The translations under genes were made by a program, and so were the position numbers. Below are positions 42,785-56,700 of a stretch of DNA of 64,000 nt, piece after piece (the first letter of the stretch is position 1; the number at the start of each line of letters is the position of its first letter). Below the pieces are notes generated by a model. The model was not told the origin of the DNA. It was given only the letters and a program-made list of their open reading frames with translations, and ran no database searches. Origin of the DNA: Catajapyx aquilonaris (Eukaryota); the NCBI GenBank assembly GCA_000934665.2, contig KZ537975.1, positions 62,001 to 126,000 of the forward strand. The letters run 5' to 3'.

Positions 42785-43906
42785 ATGTGGCAAGACATTG
42801 AAAGCGTCCTTCTGGGCGATTCGGTGCATCACCAGAGCGGGCCTCCGTGTCCGAACCAACCCAGCCTTCAGGTCAACCTTCACCTACGAGAAGACACCTC
42901 GTACAGCTCGTCGCCTGCGCCTTCGTTCACCAGCGGAGGAAGCTCTTCTCCGACACTGTGCTCCGAAAGCAATGACGAGCCTGAGACATTCCAAACAGAC
43001 GACTTTGTGGACTTGGACGTGCTTATCAACAGTGCGGCTGAGCATCACACCTTCTATGCCGAGATGCCTCCGGGTCATCCAGGCCACCCCTCGCAGCAAC
43101 AGCATCAGCAACAGCAGGTACCGGAGGAGCAGGAGAATGTCCCGAACGGGTACGCCTTCCCTAACTACCCGCACGTGCTGGACAACAAAGGGCTGATCGA
43201 CACCAAGCTGGACCCTGATCGTCCGACACCGGACACCAGGACGATGCTGCCAAACGACGACAACCAGTCCGGCTACCAGCTCCCGGAAGGCAGCACCGTC
43301 ATCCCCTACAACGGCATCATGAACATCGTGCCCAACTCCCAAGTGGCCTACAACCACGGGCAGATGTCCCCTCCAGCCAGCCCCGACAACGAGGAGTACC
43401 CACCAAAACCCGGGTGTCTCCAGCCCCCTCCTCCACCTCCCCAGCAGTCCAGATTACCCAGCCTCCCTCAGCTGAAAGTAATGACCCCACCTTCGTCTCC
43501 AAACCTGACTGACCTCCTGACCAGCGGTCCTCAACCGACCCAGCAGCCACCTCAACACCCGGCTCTGGCCAACCCAACAACTGTCCCCGACCCCAGCAAA
43601 CCAAAGAGGGGCAGAAGGAGTTGGGGCCGGAAGAAGATGACCACCCACACCTGCTCGCACCCCGGATGCGGAAAGACCTACACCAAGTCGTCCCATCTGA
43701 AGGCCCACCTCCGGACACACACTGGAGAGAAGCCATACCAGTGCACGTGGAAGGGATGCGGATGGAAGTTTGCGCGTTCGGACGAGCTCACGCGTCATTA
43801 CCGCAAGCACACCGGGGACAGGCCGTTCCACTGCAGGTTGTGTGAAAGGTCATTCTCGCGCTCGGATCACCTCTCACTGCACATGAAGAGACATGTCAGC
43901 GTGTGA
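42785..43906 (+). CDS. KLF2/4-like: KLF-B exon 2: Kruppel-like factor of the KLF1/2/4 class (about 405 aa with exon 1)
   Basis: [12 protein letters not shown] start after a CAG acceptor; [11 protein letters not shown] acidic motif; [20 protein letters not shown]; three KLF zinc fingers; TGA at 43904-43906. Confidence 0.95.
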   Translation: MWQDIESVLLGDSVHHQSGPPCPNQPSLQVNLHLREDTSYSSSPAPSFTSGGSSSPTLCSESNDEPETFQTDDFVDLDVLINSAAEHHTFYAEMPPGHPGHPSQQQHQQQQVPEEQENVPNGYAFPNYPHVLDNKGLIDTKLDPDRPTPDTRTMLPNDDNQSGYQLPEGSTVIPYNGIMNIVPNSQVAYNHGQMSPPASPDNEEYPPKPGCLQPPPPPPQQSRLPSLPQLKVMTPPSSPNLTDLLTSGPQPTQQPPQHPALANPTTVPDPSKPKRGRRSWGRKKMTTHTCSHPGCGKTYTKSSHLKAHLRTHTGEKPYQCTWKGCGWKFARSDELTRHYRKHTGDRPFHCRLCERSFSRSDHLSLHMKRHVSV

Positions 43907-46900
43907 AGTATAACGGGGGCAGTATCTATCTCACAAAGTCAACTGGAATCCAGAGTGAACCTTTTAAGACTACTCGCAAGTAGGGAAAGCAGTGTTCACT
44001 TCAGCTTTTAAATGCAAAAAGTACCTGGTTTTTATTTAGAAGAATATATTGGAATTTGACAGAGTTCTCTTTTTTTAATTTTATCCGTTGCAATGGACTC
44101 CCATTTGTGTGGAGGTATATGCACTGTGTACATACATAGACATGTAGAACTGTAGCGTTATGCTTACCGGTAACGAGATATGTCCAGAGCGTGTTAGGTG
44201 AGTATGCCCCCCTCTCTCCACACTTCTTCTCGTACTATACACTCTCGATGGTAGTTTGATTGTTGTTGGAAAAAAATATCTCACTTGCCATGTTATTTTT
44301 TAGACTGTTCTGTACATATTACATGATTCTCGTCTTGTTCCATTTCCCGCACCGCATTATAACACCTCCAACTGACCAAATGCTTCGAAAAATGTCTCAG
44401 AATTTCACTTTACTGACGTTTCACTCGAATACAAATTGCTCCGAGTGTGTAACTTTTACCTACAGTCGGTTTCCCCCTGATCATGTAATTTCACACCTAA
44501 TCCCACTTGCAAACTGAATCATTCGCAACAACAACAAAAAAGAGACCATACCACGTTCTCGGACTTAATTTGTCTTCATGCTTGGTCCACATACATATTA
44601 TAATTGCGATTTCTTCACGGTGACTTTGACGTCCGTTCTGCGGAAACCACCCAGCGTGAAGGAATTCTGAGGGGATTCGCTCAAGTGAATTTTCAACGAG
44701 CGTCCTTCGCAGATCTCCATTAAGACTACACCTCTCATGAAATAAGAGAAAAAAAAGTTTTAGCTCGGAGAGAGAAAACACGCTCTACTTCACGTTCCTA
44801 CCTTGACAAGGAACCGTCTCATCGTATATAATGTGACGTTTTCTCGGCACGTGTTATAATAGCCAGCACTTTCTTACGGTTGTTGAGGAAATGACGGATT
44901 TTCACTCTCATCCTATTTTGTCAGCTATCCCGCTTTTGTTTCAAATTTGATTTTTGATGCCATTAGCTTCTCCGAATTAAACCAGTTCGAAGTAATGGTC
45001 AGAAATCGCATAGCCAGTGTAGTGTGCCGCCAGATGTAAAATCGCGTTAACGCGAGAAAGTATTTAATCAGTACGAACTGGATACAAAAAAAATCGTGAG
45101 AAAAATCCTCCACAAGGTAATCCGGTCCTGCACGTAAGATTTCGATTTCACAGCTTAGTCACACACCTATTAATGCTGAAATTTACAGTCGACATAAAAG
45201 TCAAATCCTCAGTTCATCAAGTGCTTAAAAATCGGTTTCTGTGTCTTACGAACTTGCAATTAAAAAACAGTACAGAAAAAATAATGTTGAGTAGGAGACA
45301 AGTAGGCCTAATCGAAGGCCACGGCAATTTTCCTTGTCAAGCCATGGAGTCATTCTCTGCTTTTCATTCAAGGCGAGGAAAGTGGACGATGACTACCAAC
45401 TTCTCAAGGCAGTTCCGCTCGACTTGGTCCTACGACGTTGTTTGCCATTATGTCATTTTTGTCAATCCTAAATATTTTCCTCCCCCCATTCCAAAAGAGC
45501 GGCAGGAAAAGGGCGCTTCTCAAGTTGCTCCAGTTTTCCATTAAGGACCCGCCAGGCCTTCTCGAGCATGGATCATATAAATTAATCTGGTGCACAAAAA
45601 GTAGCACCGTTTCTGGAGAGATGCCTCGAGGCTGGCTGTGTTACAAGGACCGCATAACAAATCAGGTGGAGGGCCCCCTCTTTGCTGGCTTCGAAAACTC
45701 ATTCCTTGCTCCTTTTGTTTTCTGGATGTTGCGTTAAGCTAGTTGATTCCAGCTCAACTTCTTTCAGGTTGAGCAGGCGACAAATTTCAGGGCTGACAAA
45801 TTCATTCACACCTGTTTTGCAAATATGGTTGATGCAAGTGGGATATTTCCGCATTGTGGTTATACTCGACGTATTTACAAAAAGACAATCGTTTGCACTT
45901 TTTTTCAAAAAAAAGGAGATGCTTGACATTCACTCGTGCGTAATAATCTGAATCTTTTGGTTGAAGAGTACAACTACTGTCAGCATAGAGCCGGAGTGGT
46001 GCCATGTTCATGACTAAAAGACATTGCTGTACTTCAACTTCCCAAATGAATTCGTTGTGCCATACTTTACTGTGGTTCTATCTCCTTTTTTCATTCATTA
46101 TTGTAACGCCCATGCTTCTGAAAGCTTCACCTTCTAAACGAAATTATAAATCAAACCATATTTTTGTATCTCTAACTTTTCAATCAGCCTCGAATGTGAT
46201 GGAGTAACGTACAGCGGGAACAAAGTGTACAACAACAAAGACGATGAAAAAAAAGTATTGTAAATAATTCTGGATAGGCTGACAACGTTATTTGTATTAT
46301 ATCTCACTGTACAAGCCTTGTGTACTTTCAATGTTCAAAAGTTGCCATAGCACTGTGTATGAATTATTTAACTTTAAATGCCAAAAAACTGTGTAATTGT
46401 GCCCAAGCTGTGAAAATACATTGTCATTATACAAGTATTGCAGATATTGTTTTCTTGCCAATTTCTTTGCCACCCTGATCCCACTCTCAATGACACTGAT
46501 TGTATGTCCAGCACACACAGCGTTAGTAGGCTTTAGCTATATCACTGAGAATGAGTTTGCATGAAATAATAATCAGCAATTCGATGCATCCTATAACGTT
46601 TCATAATGACGACATTTTAAAAAGTCTGACGTAATTAACTCTACAGATTTATGAGCAATCTCGTCAGGAAGTGGGGCTGGTTATTGTATAACTACTCATT
46701 GTTATGTGACAGGGAAGAAAAATAAGGCATATTAAAAGAAGGGACGAGTTTTCTTCTAGTTTATTACCAAAAATCACAAACGTGTCCCAAAAGCAGAGCA
46801 CTGAAACTATACACCACACATACTGAATCAGACTCCATATTATGTTCTTGCACCTTTTTATCTGCCGAATATCTCGGGTAAAGAGTCAGCCACAGACTGG

Positions 46901-47766
46901 TTCCTGTTTGACATATCAAGTAGGTAGCCCTACTTTAATTTAAAATTGAAATCAAAATTGACTTGGCTGGCTACTACACATGGCTTCTGAAAGTTAGTCA
47001 AGGCTGAGATAATAATTTGTGAAAGGTAATGAAGATCTCCGCTTGCCAGGCAGTTTTATCTTTCAAATAGTGCGACCTTTAGGTAAATCCTTCTGACTCA
47101 ACTTATTGATTAATAAATATGACAAACCCGCCACCATCCCTGCATTTTATTCAACTGAACACCGTTACAACAGGTCTCCTGTATAGAAAAGGTGTACAGA
47201 TTCTTCCAGTTTACACTATAACACTTAAAATTCATGCAAATGATGAAATGTTGATGTAATACTTTAAAACGTGTTTGTAATAATTGCTGCCTGTTACGCT
47301 CTTTAATAAATGTCAACCTCAAAGCAGTTATTTGCATGCACACCAGAACCGTTCAAAAAATTAAATAATAAAGGCTGGTGAATAATTGGCCCTGTTTTCA
47401 ATTTTGCTCACGATGTAGGTGCCTGCTGTAGGTGTAAAATGAAAGGTGTTCATTATTGGCGCCTGGCTGCTAAAACCGAACGTTCAAGTCTATTCCCCGT
47501 CAGCCGGCGGCCAACAACGTACGTCATCCGGAATGGGTTTGCCTCGGACTCGCATCGCATCGAAATGTGAGTGCTTTCCAGTTCCAAAGCTCGCAACTAT
47601 GTCTTAGCAAGAACCTCCGGTTCTCAATATTGTCAACGGCCGTCGCTCGAAGAAGAAAAAAAAAAGTCATGATGTGTGGAATCGCCCACTGGTTCAGTAG
47701 CCCAGCCCCTGTCCCATAAAAATCGGCACAATTGACTCACGTGATGCTTCATTGCTCACATCCCAA

Positions 47767-47787
47767 GTGTGTGTGTGTGTGTGTGTG
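47767..47787. repeat. (GT)10 microsatellite
   Basis: Read directly. Confidence 0.95.
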
Positions 47788-50700
47788 CAACCCTCCCTCA
47801 TACGACCCTGGGACAGAAAACTAACTAGTTGACCTCCAAATGCACCGCAGGATCTCGGGGGCCAACTTCCTGGACACCTTCCGTTTACACGTTCTATCTG
47901 CAACACTTCCTCGCTCAATAGTACACCTCGATAGGAATCAGTCAGTTCCATCGAAGGTCATGGATTTCCCTTCACCTTTTCGCAAATAATTGCCCCCGCA
48001 ACGCAACTGGCGGGGCTACCATATCGAAATAATCGGGTGGCAACGTATATGGGAAGGGTTTTAATTTATTTGCATATCCTCCAGCTGTAGAGGCCAAGGG
48101 CAAGAGGCGAGGTGGAATAACTAATGGCACAGTAATTATTCCATATATATTTTTCTGTATCTCGGTAAGTAGCCTGGAGAGTTCAATGCTGGAATAACCC
48201 AGTAGCGTTCATGCCCGATTTCCAGATAAGGCTTTGGAATAGATAGATTTCCATAACTCACCTGGCCCCAACGAAAAGGGGGTTGAGCTCATTACCTCGT
48301 GAATAATTGCTGGCCCTGTAATAATTCGGGTCTCGAAGCAAACTTCACCGCCTCTTCTTATCTTGCAAAGAAAAGAAAACTATTCGCACGCCCCCGTTCA
48401 GAAAGCCGCAAGATAGTTAGCTCCAAGCTGAGAAAACTTGGAATGTCAGAGCTTAGAGAGGTTGAAAGGTGGGAGACAAGGTCGCCTTGTTGATTCCCGA
48501 GGAAAGCTAACCTTCGTAGATTTGTCGCCAGAGGAGAGCAGACCACGGTGCTGTTCGATATTTTTTTGCCAACGATTCCACCCTGCCCGCAAGGTAAAAA
48601 TGTGATGCAAAAAATGGCAAAAAGATAAAATCGCTATCATCTGTCCTGATCGTGTGAGTTGGCATCCGGAAGAATGCCAAGAAGCCAAGTGGTGGGCAGC
48701 ATCTTCCTACATGTGCTTACTTCAAAGGTGTTGTCGCGAACAATGTACTAATTGTGACAATATTTACCTGTTCTCTGGGCGAGCACCAGGTATTTTGATT
48801 AACCTTGACCTGCAGCATGATCCGGCTCTATTTGTTTGTTGCCAATGTATCAACACCAAAAACGAGTCTGAAATGTACATAGCAAGCATTACACTGTGAA
48901 ATCTCGCTGTACTGTACATCCTGTTCTGGCCAGGGTCCACACCCCAAATTTGACCTTACTCGTCACTAAAGTGACGGAACCATTACTCGAACGCAACTTA
49001 GACTTGCGTCCTCAGCATTTGCATCAGATCAAATAATTACGAAAACCCCGAGCCCTTGAGAGCTTAACAGTTCGTGACATCCTGATCAAAAACTTCCTGC
49101 ACCGTATATATTTCTCAAAAAAAAGTGTCGACCTGATTTTTGACATTACATAATCCCCGGTCGATACTAACCCTTATATCCATCGACCGTTTCATAATCG
49201 CATCAGTGTCACGATCCCGAGGTGCGGCCACTTTTACCGTGATCGTGATCGAGATTCACGCCTCAAGACACGTGACGTCAGGCATCCAAAATGGCTCAAA
49301 AAATCCTCCACAAGGTGGCGCCGCTTCCATCCGCAAAAGTATACACAACACAAAACGATCGTATCGACTGAAGCGACCGGTTTTTCTCCCATGCAAACTG
49401 CTGCCTGTCCCTTTGCATTGGTATAACCCCTCACAATAGATTGATGAGGGTGCTGAATGATGAGCTCGAGATCGTAAAAACCACGCAATGGAACTTGGAG
49501 AATACCGCCGTTTTTCTACCAGGTGTGGTCAGCATCTTCACCAAATGTCCAATCTCTTCCAACGGGTGTAAAATGGAAAGTATGGACTCTTTGTCAATGC
49601 ATCCGGCACCGACCTAACCGGCTGGTTAAGGCTGTAAACTTCGGTCCAAAATGAAGAGAAGTCGCAGCTGCTGATAGCTTCCAAAAGGACTACGAATTTT
49701 TCTGGACCATTATAATCGTTTTAAGTGCTCTTGTATATATAATAGGTTCTAGGGCCCAGCCAGATTCACAGCCTAGATAATAAAAAATGGCGAGTTCCTG
49801 AACCGGGAAATAACACCTGAGATAAAGGATCTGGGCATAACGAGGCGTGCGAAATGTTTGCACATTTTCTCAAAATTGTTTTCTCATATGCAGCACGCAC
49901 GGCATGTATAAACGTTGTGATAAGCAGTTAATGGGACAGTCTTCAAGTCTTCATCAGCGGTGTGGTCGACGTGATGCGAAATTTTGCTGTCTACAACTAC
50001 ATGACAATAACTTGAGTTGCGAGGTACCGGTGCCCGGTACGGCAATTAAAATCCTGCACGAGCTGGGGCCCAGGAAAGGTGCGCCCGACAGGAAGATGCC
50101 TTTTTTTGTTAGCTTTTAATGGGCTGCACCAATTTATTTCACACGATCCTTCGACCTCAAGACTAAAAACACAGTGTGAAAATAACTCGAATTATACAAA
50201 ATACACGTTACATAATTAAATTGCACCCTTCTAAAAGCAGTAAATGTTACCCAGGGCGGTAACAGTTGTAATAAGAAATAAGGAAACTTCAACACTCTGG
50301 ACTACTTTATGATGATACATCTCCAGCCTACACTCAACACGCATGCTTCCTATATTATACCAGATGGAAAAAGTGTCACGAAGAAGCCCAACTGGTAATC
50401 AGATATTTCTTATCAAATGTGTTCGATTTTCCTGGCAGCCATATTCGTGACTGACACAAAAATGTTGACATATATTTTTTGCTGCAAAATTGAATGTGGC
50501 TGGTCCTTGCAAGTAAGTGAAATACGCTCGAGCCGAATGACAAGTCTATCGTCAAAGACTATATTTCACGAATAGAAATTCCAGACTTCCTTGGAATGAA
50601 GCCTAATGTTTTCCCATTCAAACCCATCATCCAGTCGGATTCAACCTTCCTGAGCCAATAAAGACAGGGATTAGATCACTCCAGCAGATATCGACAACAA

Positions 50701-53700
50701 TTCACGACACTGCAAATATTATATGCAGACTGTTGGAATACATTTGTGAGCCTGTAAGTCAAACAACCGGTTCTGTTCCTAGTGGCCCTAATTGCACTGA
50801 AGAAACCCTTAAATTATTCCTCCGACCAATAAAGGTGTGTTTGGAAGCGATTCGATTCAAGGTGGACGTCTTGGCTGCTGCTCGATTAAGCGCACGAAGC
50901 CCTCGCAGTTTTTCCTGGATTTGAAACTATTCAGACTCTTCCCAGCTTTTAGTTTTTCTTACTAAGTTGCTGACTATCCGGCCAGGAATGTTAAACAGCC
51001 GAGGCCAGGTTTAACCTTTTGCTAAATCACTTGAGGGGAGGATCGTGGTGCAAGGTTAGAAACACACGGTTCAAGGCGCGTTTTTCAGATTGCCACCTAG
51101 TCGCAATTGCACTTATCATTGTTATCACCTCCTACTTAATGCCCATTGCCTCCTAGTAAATGCATCTGACACCTGAACTTTTCAAGAAACCTGGTTTTTT
51201 GTGTTGTTTCCTACCTCCAATCAGTGTCGCAAAAATGTTATCAGATGGCTCCAATTTGCTATTCAAACAGGCAAATTGCCATAATGGGAGGGATGCGGCA
51301 TGTTCAGAATTTCAAATCCGAGCTTGGGCTTGACATTCTCTCAAGAAGGATTTATTCTTCCCACAAACCCCTAATTTCCTTCGTGCTATCAAGGCCAGAT
51401 CTGCTCGCAACAACAATAATTGTTTCGTCAGAAAAATGTCCACTTTGCTCCACATTGGCCAGAATGGGCATTAAAAGGCCTCCAGTACACCGCAACAAAA
51501 AATGTGCGCGTGCATTGCAACAAGGAAGAACTTTTTTTTGCATTCACACAAGTAAAAGCTTTTTAGCAACATTGACTCGAAGCACGATACTGTTGAAAGT
51601 AAGGCATCGTTAAGTCTGCCAGGTTGAGATGCCATAATGGAATGGTTACAAGAAAAGGGAAAACACTGGCTCGTTACGAAGCTTCAATGTGGCCTAATAA
51701 TGACTAAAACCTGGAGATGACCATCCATCACTTGGCATCTCCAAAGATAACTCTTAGAAGGGTATAGTTTAAAATCATAGCGATAGATAGGCTACAACGA
51801 AACTCCTTATTTTAAACCGACTCGACCACTAGTACCTGGTTCGAATTTCCATTTATGTTTACGAACCGCGATGGTCAAAATTTAGCGCCACTTTGCTCCA
51901 GATTACATGGGGGGAAGGTCAGTCGGAAATTGCCAAATGGTCTCGTGGTCACGTTTTTGGGTCGAGAAAGTTGGACCGACCCGTCTCGGTTGCTTGGTTT
52001 TCGTTGAGGTGGTGCCTCTCCGGATGATCCATGTCCACGGAGGGCACCACCAAATGGTCACGTTATTGCCTGGCCAACCGGTACTTCCAGACATTTCGGG
52101 GCATCAAAATGATCTGACTGTTCGTATCCACACACACACGACGTTCCCTTTTTGTGCCAGAAATAATGCTGCCTGGTTACGCAACCGGACCTCGTTTGTT
52201 GTTGCTATTATCGAAACCGGTCAAGAGTCGAGCTACGGGAGGTCTCCTTATGGGAACAATCGACGAAAGGAAAGTTGATCCCGTTCATAAAAAAGAGCTA
52301 CCTGACTTCCGCATCTGTTATTGGCACATTTTGATATGTCCTGGTCACATACGGTGACAATTTGTTGTCTATTTGCACGAATTCCCGTGCACTAACCTGC
52401 AATAATTAGCATCACCGACCACCTTGTCTCCCAAGTGTTGAGATCAAATCCGGCTTATCAGAATAGGTCCAGGAAGAGATGATACATCCAGTTTTTCTCA
52501 TTTGCTGCTCCCATTTTTATAGCCCTGCAAATCCGGGTGTGATGCGCCCATTAATGCTTCTCAACCCAGGTTCCATCATATTTAATGTCCCCAAAAGGTT
52601 TACGCGGGCATTTGCATCCCCAAGATGGTCACCCTCCGACTCTAAGGGATGTTCTAAGCACACTTTAGACTTGTCGTACATCTGTGGCGCCATAAAATTC
52701 AAATAGGTCCAGTCGTGTCTCTCTCTCTAGAACGGCTTTTAGTCGAAGTGATCACTGATGAGAGACGAGTGGTGGGATTGCTAAATGACCAGAGCTGATG
52801 GCAAACCAAGCGTGAATGCTCAAGTTATCACTAACCAACGGCCAGCACCGTAGAAAATGTATGCATTTAGAGTGTATAAGTCGTGGCGAAGAGGCGGGGG
52901 AGGTACAGGGCATTTCTGGGAGAGAAAGTACGAGAGTTAGTATTATCCAGAGAATGGAGATTTTGCAGCGTGATCCTTCATCTTAGCTCCGATCTTGAGT
53001 TATCGCTTGGGTCCGACCCCTTAAAATTTTGCAATTTGGCCGATCCCAACTTCCATGATCGTGGATTGCGCAAGGATCGGTTTCAATCGAACTGTGTGCG
53101 CCACGTACCGTATCAATTCCTCTTTAGGATTTACTCTATAAAATATATAGGCAAATGATAAATCTTGAGGAGCCAGGTAGGCTAGAAACGTACGCCATGT
53201 GTCACCTGAGCTGTCGCCAGGCTTAAGATCAAGCAATGGCCTCCTTTTTTTGATATACCCCCACCACCCCCATTTAATATATCCCCGAGTTATAAATCAG
53301 CCGAAAACGACACGGGAGCTGAAAGAAAGCGGCGGCAACACTCGATCGGTTACAGGCCAAACAGGATTCATTTTAGACACGCTTCGAAGCAATAATTGAC
53401 ATCCCCAACGCCGAACCACGCATGAATTAGAGATGCTGCTCATGAATCGGCTGGGCCCGTAAATTATGAAAAATTCCGGCACCTTCTTCTTCCAAGGCTT
53501 GGAAACTAGTTGCGGGTAAGAGGTACTTCACACAAAACACCCGTTATGCTCCATATTCACGCAAAGTGTCGCCTGGGCTTTTGGCAAAATCCAGCGCAGC
53601 TCAGGGGTCAACGCCCATGCAGATTTCGCCTGGAAATCCGCAACCGACCTGGAACAATGGGACAAAACGGGGCTCTTTTCTTTGTCTCAGTAGCGATAAA

Positions 53701-56700
53701 ACTGAGTCTATTAATTCTGCGATTCTTGGCAGCACCCGACTCACTGTGAAAGTGTCCAACCCTCCTGATAACAGCTTTCGAAAACTCTAATCCTATACTT
53801 TATGCTGCAAATCAGATGTCACGACCACCGTACGTATAAACGGCGATTTAAAAGTATGAATCAATCCCATGGTACGTTCGAAGGTGCCGGAAAAACTGGC
53901 TAAGTGTGTGAACAAAAAAATATTAAAATAATGAACCAAAGGAGTCATTACATGCACCAAGGTGTGTAATAAAACGCATTTTAGTGCATGTAACATATTC
54001 AGCATCGCAGCTCTCTTTGAGAAGGATGTCCTTACCTCCTTAGTACTAAATATAAACAAATAAATACTGTGCAAAACATGTTACGCGCAAAAGTTTAATA
54101 ACGTCCATAAAAGAAACATTATCCATATACTATAATAGAAATGATTGAATTTTATTACATGATCACTCTATTTATTACACGTAGTGTTTACTTAATTGAA
54201 TATTTGAATAACTTTTATTGAAAGCTTTGAGTGATTGCGCACCGAATAAAATACAAAAAAAAATCGAGGTCCAAGGGTCCACATGATACCTTGCATCTGA
54301 TTACACTACACCACGAGTCCAATTAAGGTGGCTATTTACGAATCCCACTGCGATGTATCACCCCGGGAGAAGTCATTACGACTCTTCCTGATGAGCCTTT
54401 ACCTGCGGGGCATCGCTTTCCAATCAATGCGTCATAACTCAAACCATAATAACAGACGAGCAAACAATAATTCGCCCAGAACAAACATGGAGCTCGAGCA
54501 AAAGCTATATAGGTATATGTAGAAAAAAAATTGTTCCGTGGCTAATTCTAGGCATTTTTATTCTATGGTTTCGCGGTTTTTCACTCCCCTTGACACTGGA
54601 AACCGATGCTAAGAAATCCGGAAGCTTTTTCCGCCACAACTTTGCCATCTGATCTGCTTTGGTGGTTGAGGACTGCAGTTATTTTCGAACATGCAACGCT
54701 GGCTGAGCATGTTAATGGAACCGAGGGGCAAGGTGAAAAGGTAGGTTTTTATTCCAAATGCGCAATGGAGGCTGCCGTTTCTTTGTTTGTCGTGATCTTG
54801 CGGTTACCCGGCATACAAAAAATGCGGTCCTCGTATAGTCTATCGGCCACAATTGTTTTTTTTCCTTCAGTAATCATCGTGGGAAGCTGATCAATTTCTG
54901 GCTCGATAGAGACGTCAGTTTTGGTTTAATCAACGATGATGTCTTAATTGCTGGCCTACTAGAGCAATGTAAGCGAGTTACAACACACCCTGCCGATAAC
55001 CCTCAATTTTGCTTGTACTTGGGGTAAGTCACGAGTTGTGCCGAATATCACGTTGTTGCGGCTACCTGAGAGGCAAAAAGGGTACCAGTCCGACGAAACT
55101 GCACAACTGGTCGTACTGGTAACAGTACATCCCTTTTTGGTCCATTAGCATTTCCATGGCTCCAATTAGGTACCCTAATTATCAAGTCGTGGACCAGGTG
55201 CGAAAGAGCCTGGAGGCACACACCGAAACGAATAAAACGTATGCGGCTACATCATCTGCAATAATAAAAAACTTCTGCTCTCAAATGGGTTGCTTTTAAC
55301 AGGACATTGTGGCACACCACATTCCTTATAAGTTGACATATTTAATGCGTGCACCGCAGCTGACCGTCCTGTGTGGCAACACCATTTAAAAGCAGCGTTT
55401 TCACCTGTGGGCAGCAGCACCATTCACACCCAAGCCGACTCTTGAGTTCAAAGTACGATCCGTTCCGAGTCACGGAACGCGTAGGAATCAAATCCGATTG
55501 TGGCATTGCCGCGCACGTCGCATTCTCACGAGTCTAGTTGCGAGTGTATGTATACACGTGCTGTGAGGACAATACTCAGGGTGTACCTGGTACGCAGCAC
55601 TTGGAACCAGATTCGGGGGGGACGTTTTATTGCCCCGACCGAATGACTAGAAAGCGCTCCTTGCGCATCATGGAAAAAGTGGGGAGGCTTTCTGTTGCGT
55701 ACAGGTAAGGGGACAATGGACGACTACTTTGTGGGTCTACAAGAAGATCATTCACTTCTGCGCGTGCGGAAGTTCCGTTTTTATTGCCGAGTTACTGCGA
55801 TCTACTCTAAATGTGGGTCACTGGTGCAAGGAACATTCAACTACCGCACTGGTCCAACAGTAATTGTGTAGAATCTGAGCCAAAGGACATGTGTGCGCTA
55901 TACAGTTGCTGAAGCTCGATCCTCGTGAGGTACATGCTAATTTGAGCTTCAGACCAGTTCCATTACACTTCTTTCCGCGAATGTATACACATGAGAGGAA
56001 ATATCAGTGGTTTCATCTTCTATGTCAGCCATTTATTGGATTACACATCATGCTAAGTGGTACCCAGTTGCCTGTTGGTATTCCAAGAAACTCAATACGA
56101 CGACACGAGACATGCGCAGGCGTTTGGTCCTATGTAACTCGGATTCATGCTTTTTGGAGAGACCACGGAAACGCCCAACTGCACTTCTTCCGCATGCGTG
56201 GCCTGGACCTATCCCTGTTTGGACTCTATTGATTTCAATCGTTGCATGCTATTCGTGTAGCCTCGACTTTTGCTATGCCCAGCACTATAGTACAAGATGG
56301 CGGAATTCACTAAAACCACTGATCTCATTCTTTGCATGTTCTATATGGCTTCCTGTACGTGCGTCATCTCTAAATTAGAACCCCTTATATTGCGAAAACC
56401 AGTTGCTTTTAATGGGATCATGTCGAATCCAGTTTGTGTAGCAGACAGAAAACTGTACAAACACTTTAATGCTTACTGCTTGAGATGATGTCCATGTTTT
56501 CAAATATTTTTCATGCACAGCAGGACCACTTTTATGTCCACTACATAACCACGGTGATTAAGAGCCATGATAGTGTTGGTAATTTATAAACACGCCGCTT
56601 GGCGAATCTCGCTAATTAGCCGACCTCTGAGAGTGTGAAAAAAACATATAATGTTCTTCAAATACAGAAAAGGTGGATGAGGGAAATTGCCATTTTTACC

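Noticed and set aside
55074..55139. Small hairpin as a pre-miRNA candidate
   Set aside because: Stem is short and broken by a large bulge; compatible with chance.
56007..56110. KWYPVACWYSKKLN resembling a Ty3/gypsy RNase H motif
   Set aside because: Single short match without the DAS motif, RT, integrase or LTRs.
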